From contig CAMYJA010000002.1 of NCBI GenBank assembly GCA_947258705.1, positions 10,263-74,262 of the forward strand: a stretch of 64,000 nucleotides of DNA, given 5' to 3'. Positions 58,559 to 64,000 of this stretch are shown piece by piece. The number at the start of each line of letters is the position of its first letter. Position 1 is the stretch's first letter. The translations under genes were made by a program, and so were the position numbers. The notes below the pieces were generated by a model, which was not told the DNA's origin, ran no database searches, and was given only the letters and a program-made list of their open reading frames with translations. This stretch comes from an uncultured Hyphomicrobiaceae bacterium. GTDB taxonomy: Bacteria > Pseudomonadota > Alphaproteobacteria > Rhizobiales > CAMYJA01.

Positions 58559-59484
58559 GCACCCGTTTCCAGGAAGTTCGCACCTCCCCTCTGCAGAAGT
58601 TCAATCCCCGCATCGGTGCCTATCTTGATGGCTTCGGCCGGCGAGCCCGTGCTCGTTAGCTCATGGGCTTCGCTGCCATCGGGTTTCAGGATCATCCCGG
58701 AAAAATCGAGCCGGTCGCCGCTCAGTGTCGCCAGCGCCGCGATGGGCGTCCGGCACGATCCGTCAAGGGCTTTGAGAAAAGCGCGTTCCGCCGTTATGGC
58801 GAGAGCGGTCGGTTCGTCGTTCAGAGGTTTCAGCCGGTCCTGCATATCGCGATCGTCGGCGCGGACCTCGATGCCTATGGCGCCCTGGGCGACGGCGGGA
58901 AGCATGTCGCTCGTCTCCATGTACGAGGTTATGTGCTCTTCATAGCCGAGGCGTTTCAACCCGGCTGCCGCCAAAAAAGTGGCGTCGACCACGCCATCTT
59001 CGAGTTTTTTCAAACGAGTCTGGACATTTCCGCGATAGGTCACCACCTCAAGATCGGGACGCATGCGCTGGACCTGTGCCTGGCGCCGCAGGGAGGAAGT
59101 CCCGACAACGGCTCCTTCGGACAGTTCGGCCAGCGTGCCCGCTTTATGGGAGATGAACGCGTCGCGGACATCGGCGCGCGGCAGGATGGTCGGGATTGAC
59201 AGGCCGTCGGGGAGGACCGTCTGGACGTCCTTCATGGAGTGGACGGCAATGTCGACATCGCCTGCCAGAAGCGCGTCTTCGATTTCTTTTGTGAAAAGGC
59301 CCTTGCCGCCGAATTCCCGCAGCGCCTTGTCCTGTATCTGATCCCCCGAGGTCTTGATAATCTCGATGGCGATGTCATTCGGGTCGAGATCTTCCGCATT
59401 GGCCAGCAGGTCGGCCACGTGATGAGCCTGCCAAAGCGCCAGCGGGCTGCCCCGGGTGCCTATTTTAATCTTATGGGATTGCAA
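58555..59484 (-). CDS. hemC: Hydroxymethylbilane synthase (porphobilinogen deaminase)
   Basis: The blocks IKIGTRGSPLALWQA, GDQIQDKALREFGGKGLFTKE and ALDGSCRTPIAA are present. The TTG at 59484 follows AGGAG by 8 nt and gives 309 aa. The track start at 59580 would overlap tsaD. Confidence 0.9.
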   Translation of the reverse strand: MQSHKIKIGTRGSPLALWQAHHVADLLANAEDLDPNDIAIEIIKTSGDQIQDKALREFGGKGLFTKEIEDALLAGDVDIAVHSMKDVQTVLPDGLSIPTILPRADVRDAFISHKAGTLAELSEGAVVGTSSLRRQAQVQRMRPDLEVVTYRGNVQTRLKKLEDGVVDATFLAAAGLKRLGYEEHITSYMETSDMLPAVAQGAIGIEVRADDRDMQDRLKPLNDEPTALAITAERAFLKALDGSCRTPIAALATLSGDRLDFSGMILKPDGSEAHELTSTGSPAEAIKIGTDAGIELLQRGGANFLETGA

Positions 59485-59515
59485 GCGGATTGCTCCTGGT
59501 TTACGTCGGTTCTGA

Positions 59516-60634
59516 ATGTTGAAGCGCAAAATGAATGAAGAAACAAAAATAAACAAGGTGCCGGTCACATTTCTCGGCATAGAAACGAGCTGCGACGAAA
59601 CGGCTGCGGCGGTTGTCAGGCGCGATGCCGATGGCCGGGGGAAAATCCTTTCGAATGTCGTTCACAGCCAGATTAATGAGCATTCGGCCTATGGCGGCGT
59701 TGTGCCGGAGATTGCCGCGCGGGCGCATGTGGAAGTCCTCGACATGATGATTGCCGAGGCGCTTGACCGGGCAAATGTCGGCCTTGCCGGTCTTGACGGC
59801 ATTGCTGTGACGGCGGGACCCGGATTGATCGGCGGTCTTCTGGTCGGCTTGACCACCGCCAAAACTCTCGCACTTGTCCATGACAAGCCTTTCATCGCAC
59901 TCAACCATCTTGAAGCGCACGCGCTTACGGTTGGATTAAGTCACGGATTGCAGCCGCCCTATCTCCTGTTGCTGGTATCGGGCGGGCATACGCAGACCCT
60001 TATTGTAAAGGGCGTGGGTTCTTATGAACGCCTGGGGACGACGCTTGACGATGCACTCGGGGAGGCATTCGACAAAACCGCGAAACTTCTCGGCCTCGAT
60101 TATCCGGGTGGCCCCGAGGTCGAGCGCTGGGCCGCGCGCGGCGATGCCGAACGCTTTTCATTGCCGCGCCCGATGAAGGGGCGCGAGGAGTTGCATTTTT
60201 CCTTCGCCGGATTGAAGACCGCGCTCAGGCAGCAGGCAAAGTCGATCGAGCCTCTTGACGATCAGGATATTTCGGATCTCTGCGCGAGTTTCGAACGCGC
60301 CGTAACCGAGACCGTGTCGGACCGCGTGGTGCGCGCGATGTCGGCATATCTCGAACGGACCGGGCATGACGCACCGCGTCATCTTGTCGTCGCAGGCGGG
60401 GTGGCTGCCAATAAATCCCTGCGCTCGGCTTTGCAGGAAAACGCAGCCGCGGCCGGTTTCGATATCTGTATCCCGCCATCCGAGTTATGCACCGATAACG
60501 GAGCAATGATTGCGTGGGCCGGCATTGAGCGCTATTCCCAAGGATGGATTGACGGTTTTGAGTTTGAAGCCAAGGCCCGCTGGCCGCTCGACCCTGACGC
60601 CCAGGCCGCGATGGGGGCGGGGGTCAAAGCCTGA
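59516..60634 (+). CDS. tsaD: tRNA N6-adenosine threonylcarbamoyltransferase
   Basis: The blocks [20 protein letters not shown] and the GGVAANK motif are present. The true start may be a few codons downstream. Confidence 0.92.
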   Translation: MLKRKMNEETKINKVPVTFLGIETSCDETAAAVVRRDADGRGKILSNVVHSQINEHSAYGGVVPEIAARAHVEVLDMMIAEALDRANVGLAGLDGIAVTAGPGLIGGLLVGLTTAKTLALVHDKPFIALNHLEAHALTVGLSHGLQPPYLLLLVSGGHTQTLIVKGVGSYERLGTTLDDALGEAFDKTAKLLGLDYPGGPEVERWAARGDAERFSLPRPMKGREELHFSFAGLKTALRQQAKSIEPLDDQDISDLCASFERAVTETVSDRVVRAMSAYLERTGHDAPRHLVVAGGVAANKSLRSALQENAAAAGFDICIPPSELCTDNGAMIAWAGIERYSQGWIDGFEFEAKARWPLDPDAQAAMGAGVKA

Positions 60635-60659
60635 TGGGCTCCATGACAGGAATTATGGA

Positions 60660-61658
60660 ATGACGGATTTTCAGAAGATCGGTGTGGTCGGCGGTGGCGC
60701 TTGGGGGTCGGCCTTGGCCCAGAGCCTGACAATGGCGGGCCGGGATGTCATTCTCTGGGCTTTTGAAATCGACACCATTGAAGAGATCAACGAATTTCAC
60801 ACCAACCGGAACTACCTGCCCGGCGTGACGCTCGACCGGTCAATCCGGGCGACGGGCAAGCTCGGGGAAATCGCCGCCTGCGACGCTGTTTTGATGGTTG
60901 CGCCCGCACAGCATGTGCGTGTCATATCCGGTGAACTCGGTCAGCATATCGAGACCGGTCTGCCGCTCATTATCTGCTCGAAAGGCATCGAGCAGAAAAC
61001 GGGGCAACTTTTGAGCGCGGTCGTTTCCGAGATGTGCCCGCAGGCCCGGATCATGGCGCTTTCCGGGCCGACTTTCGCCTCCGAGATCGCGCGGGGACTT
61101 CCCGCCGCCCTGACGCTCGCCTGTGAAGATGAAGAAACGGGACAAGCGCTGATGAACGCCATCGGGCACAAGGTGTTCCGTCCCTATTGGTCGGACGATC
61201 TCGTTGGCGTGCAGGTCGGCGGGGCGCTTAAGAATGTTCTGGCGATCGCGGCCGGCATCGTCGACGGCAAGAAAATGGGCAACAGCGCGCATGCGGCCCT
61301 GGTAACACGGGGCTTTGGCGAGTTGGTCCAGTTCGGCGAGGCTTATGGCGGCCGGCGCGAGACGCTGATGGGGCTGTCGGGCATTGGCGACCTTTTATTG
61401 ACCTGTTCGAGCGAGCAATCGCGCAACATGTCGCTTGGGCGCGCACTTGGACTGGGGCAGTCTCTGGAGGAAATACTGGGCGGCAGAAAATCCGTGAGCG
61501 AGGGCGTTTACACTGCCTCAGCCGCCTGGAAAATCGGGCAGGACCATAATCTCGACGTGCCGATTACGGATGCCGTTCATCGGGTTCTCGAAGGCGAGGT
61601 CAGTGTGGACGAGGCCATTGACGACCTGCTCACCCGCCCGTTTTCCGCCGAGATTTGA
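60660..61658 (+). CDS. gpsA: NAD(P)H-dependent glycerol-3-phosphate dehydrogenase
   Basis: MTDFQKIGVVGGGAWGSALA is a Rossmann motif, and the blocks KGIE and GALKNVLAIAAG are present. The ATG at 60660 is preferred over the track start at 60510, which overlaps tsaD. Confidence 0.92.
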   Translation: MTDFQKIGVVGGGAWGSALAQSLTMAGRDVILWAFEIDTIEEINEFHTNRNYLPGVTLDRSIRATGKLGEIAACDAVLMVAPAQHVRVISGELGQHIETGLPLIICSKGIEQKTGQLLSAVVSEMCPQARIMALSGPTFASEIARGLPAALTLACEDEETGQALMNAIGHKVFRPYWSDDLVGVQVGGALKNVLAIAAGIVDGKKMGNSAHAALVTRGFGELVQFGEAYGGRRETLMGLSGIGDLLLTCSSEQSRNMSLGRALGLGQSLEEILGGRKSVSEGVYTASAAWKIGQDHNLDVPITDAVHRVLEGEVSVDEAIDDLLTRPFSAEI

Positions 61659-61716
61659 TCGGGCCGGATATTTGTGACAAATGTTTTCAGGAATTACGAC
61701 ATAGAGGGAACAGGAA

Positions 61717-62013
61717 ATGTTATTCGCATTCATCTGCCGGGATAAGCCTGGCGAGGGCCCGGAGCTCCGCGCCAAGAGCAGGCCCGAGCATCTTGCCTGG
61801 ATCGAGGGGCTGGGCGACCGGATCAAGGCTGCCGGACCGCTTATGGATGACGATTGCGCGGAGCCGCGCGGCAGTCTTTTGATTGTCGAGGCGGATGATC
61901 TCGACGCGGCTCGCGCGCTTTCGAAAACCGACCCTTACGCGATCTCGGGCGTGTTCGAGAGCGTTACCGTTCAACCCTGGAAATGGCTGTTCGGCAAACC
62001 GGAGGGTGTCTAA
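61717..62013 (+). CDS. YciI-family protein
   Basis: 98 aa, MLFAFICRDKPG..RPEHLAW..GPL..GSLLIVEADD..A..DPY. This is the typical YciI pattern. Confidence 0.8.
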   Translation: MLFAFICRDKPGEGPELRAKSRPEHLAWIEGLGDRIKAAGPLMDDDCAEPRGSLLIVEADDLDAARALSKTDPYAISGVFESVTVQPWKWLFGKPEGV

Positions 62014-62588
62014 TGGCGTATTGGCTTTTTAAATCGGAACCCGATGTCTGGTCCTGGGAGATGCAAAAGGCGAAGGGCGAATTGGGTGAGGAATGGGACG
62101 GTATCCGCAATTATCAGGCGCGGAACAATATGCGCGCGATGAAAATCGGGGATCTCGGGTTTTTCTATCATTCCAATATCGGACTGGAAATCGTCGGCAT
62201 CGTCGAGGTTTGCGCCCTGGCCCATCCGGATTCGACAACGGATGACGAACGCTGGGAATGTGTGGACGTCAAGGCTGTGTGCGATATGCCGGTGCCGGTC
62301 ACACTGGCCCAGGTCAAGGCCGAGCCCAGGCTCAAAGACATGTCCCTTGTAACCTCCATGCGACTTTCGGTTCAGCCTGTTACGGCGGATGAATGGAAAT
62401 TCGTTTGCCGTATGGGCGGTCTGAAAAAACCGCCGCTTGTCGGCAAACGGCCGAAAGCCCGGACACAGTCCGGAAGCAAGACCAAGACCAGGCCCAAGCC
62501 CAGGACCAAGCCTTCGGCGAGGTCCGCAACCAAAACCGGGACGGGTGTCAGGTCAAAAACAAAAACAAAAACAAAAACCAAACGCTGA
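62013..62588 (+). CDS. EVE (PUA-like) domain protein with a basic Lys/Thr/Pro-rich tail
   Basis: MAYWLFKSEPDVWSW..WDGIRNYQARNNMR..GDLGFFYHS is the EVE signature. Its ATG overlaps the yciI stop (TAATG). The tail ..KTKTRPKPRTKPS..RSKTKTKTKTKR is partly encoded by (CAAAAA)x4. Confidence 0.85.
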   Translation: MAYWLFKSEPDVWSWEMQKAKGELGEEWDGIRNYQARNNMRAMKIGDLGFFYHSNIGLEIVGIVEVCALAHPDSTTDDERWECVDVKAVCDMPVPVTLAQVKAEPRLKDMSLVTSMRLSVQPVTADEWKFVCRMGGLKKPPLVGKRPKARTQSGSKTKTRPKPRTKPSARSATKTGTGVRSKTKTKTKTKR

Positions 62589-62644
62589 CGGCTGTTGGAG
62601 GACTGACCGCCGCCACATAACGATAATGAGTACAGGGAGGACCT

Positions 62645-63070
62645 TTGATGGATTTTGCAGGATTCAGCTATCTGGCAATTATCGCCGCGGCGGCAGCGGG
62701 CTATCTGTTCGGCGCGGTCTATTACAGCCTGCTCGCAAAGGCGTGGCTGGCGGCGCTCGGCAAAACCGAGGAAGAAATCAAGGGGCCTGACGGAAAAATG
62801 TCGCCCATGCCCTTCGTGCTTTCCGCCATAGCGGCGCTGGTGATGGCCTTCGTTCTGGCGGGAACCATCGGGCATCTCGGCGAGGGGCAGGTGACATTGC
62901 GGAACGGGATCATAACCGGGGCCATCGTCTGGACCGGTTTTGTTGTGACGACCATATGGGTCAATCACGCCTATCAGGGTGCCTCCATCCGGCTGACAAT
63001 GATCGATGCCGGGCATTGGCTCGGCGTACTGCTCATTCAGGGTTCGATTATCGGATTGATGGGCGTTTGA
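62645..63070 (+). CDS. DUF1761-family membrane protein
   Basis: 141 aa with four hydrophobic helices. The N-terminus LAIIAAAAAGYLFGAVYYSLLAKAW is typical of DUF1761. Confidence 0.65.
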   Translation: MMDFAGFSYLAIIAAAAAGYLFGAVYYSLLAKAWLAALGKTEEEIKGPDGKMSPMPFVLSAIAALVMAFVLAGTIGHLGEGQVTLRNGIITGAIVWTGFVVTTIWVNHAYQGASIRLTMIDAGHWLGVLLIQGSIIGLMGV

Positions 63071-63123
63071 GCGAAGGCAATTCATCTCCGGCACGATCCG
63101 AAGCACCGACCGGGCGCCTCCGG

Positions 63124-63462
63124 ATGTGCAGCCTTTCCGACCTCGATAAGACCGGAGCGAAAAGCGTTGTTTTCGGGAGCGGGCCCGATCAGTCCCGTTA
63201 CATCGTGGTCCGATCTGGCGCGGATGTGCGCTGTTACCTCAATCGTTGTCCGCACAAGGGAACTCCGCTCGAAACCTTTCCCGACCGATTTCTCGACGAA
63301 ACGGGAGCCTTTCTCGTTTGTTCGACGCATGGCGCCCGATTTAACGCATCGGACGGCCTCTGCATCGCGGGCCCCTGCATGGGCGACAAATTGCAAATGC
63401 GCGCAATTTTCGTGGAGGCTGGCGAGGTCTTTCTCGATGCCGGCGGCGACCGACAATCCTGA
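63124..63462 (+). CDS. Rieske [2Fe-2S] domain protein
   Basis: It has CPHKG (CxH) and CSTHG (CxxH) ligand motifs with appropriate spacing. The start is uncertain; ATG 63124 was chosen and the track ORF begins at 62956. Confidence 0.75.
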   Translation: MCSLSDLDKTGAKSVVFGSGPDQSRYIVVRSGADVRCYLNRCPHKGTPLETFPDRFLDETGAFLVCSTHGARFNASDGLCIAGPCMGDKLQMRAIFVEAGEVFLDAGGDRQS

Positions 63463-63551
63463 GAAGTGATTTATCGCATTTGTACGCTTGTCCCGCCCGT
63501 TAAGTCTGTTCATAATACTCGCAGTTGGAAGCCAATTGGGAGGAGACCGAA

Positions 63552-64000
63552 ATGTCAGAAGACAAGGTTTACGGCGTATCTGATGAATGGGCGCAGCGGG
63601 CCTGGATAAATAACGACAAATATCTGGCGATGTATGAGCAGAGCGTATCGGATCCCGATGGTTTCTGGGGTGAAGAAGGAAAACGCCTCGATTGGATCAA
63701 GCCATATAGCAAGGTCAAGAACACATCCTATGCACATGATGACGTCTTCATAAAATGGTATGAGGACGGAACGCTTAATGTGAGCGCCAATTGCATCGAC
63801 CGGCACCTGGAAAGCCGGGGCGACCAGGTTGCCATCATCTGGGAGGGCGACGACCCCACGGAAGACGACAAGGTCACATATACCCAGCTTCATCAACGCG
63901 TCTGCAAATTCGCAAATGTGCTCAAAGCCAATGGCGTGAACAAGGGGGATGTCGTCACCCTGTACATGCCGATGATCCCGGAAGCCGCCTATGCGATGCT
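63552..64000 (+). CDS. acs: Acetyl-CoA synthetase, N-terminal fragment (runs off the right edge; absent from the ORF track)
   Basis: My own translation from ATG 63552 (after AGGAG) is [75 protein letters not shown]... This is a typical Acs N-terminus. Confidence 0.9.
   Translation, partial: MSEDKVYGVSDEWAQRAWINNDKYLAMYEQSVSDPDGFWGEEGKRLDWIKPYSKVKNTSYAHDDVFIKWYEDGTLNVSANCIDRHLESRGDQVAIIWEGDDPTEDDKVTYTQLHQRVCKFANVLKANGVNKGDVVTLYMPMIPEAAYAM

Noticed and set aside
63555-63896. A 113-aa minus-strand ORF near the right edge is the only ORF the track lists there.
   Set aside because: The plus strand from ATG 63552 encodes a textbook acetyl-CoA synthetase N-terminus that runs off the window. The minus ORF is its shadow.

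Overview
This 64-kb window looks like a chromosomal segment of a moderately GC-rich alphaproteobacterium, and its gene content and local synteny look Hyphomicrobiales/Rhizobiales-like. I did not compute GC content or run any search; all calls rest on reading the translations and the DNA. I call about 58 protein-coding genes and 2 tRNAs (Ala-CGC, Thr-CGU). I see no rRNA, CRISPR array, transposase, integrase or prophage remnant. Most of the window is housekeeping: argH-lptM-like-lysA, hpt, ftsEX, plsC, nrdJ, tyrC-hisC, metXW, gloB, phaBA/phaR, rpmF, mtgA, ispA, ispG, zur-znuCB, dnaKJ, pyrF, folD, yggT/DUF167, the hemC-hemD-alphaMic60-hemY cluster, tsaD, gpsA, yciI, EVE and a partial acs. Several genes look accessory and sit between conserved blocks. 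These are a secreted VWA protein with four C-terminal repeats (17950-19599), a NYN/LOTUS-like protein (22104-24017) and a degenerate-GGDEF/EAL protein (27189-29030). The best candidate for an uncharacterised system is a co-oriented trio at 37401-43479. It comprises a 1092-aa polytopic coiled-coil membrane protein of unrecognised family, a secreted MIDAS-complete VWA protein and a patatin-like lipoprotein. It is followed by a 478-nt intergenic region unusually dense in (G/A)TCGA motifs. Other sequence-level oddities are an (AGGGCCC)n heptamer array, three 19-nt tandem repeats upstream of a TPP enzyme, a 10-nt-phased pyrimidine tract, and two genes missing from the ORF track (a 58-aa lipoprotein and the acs 5' fragment). 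Many long ORFs in the track are antisense shadow ORFs and were rejected.
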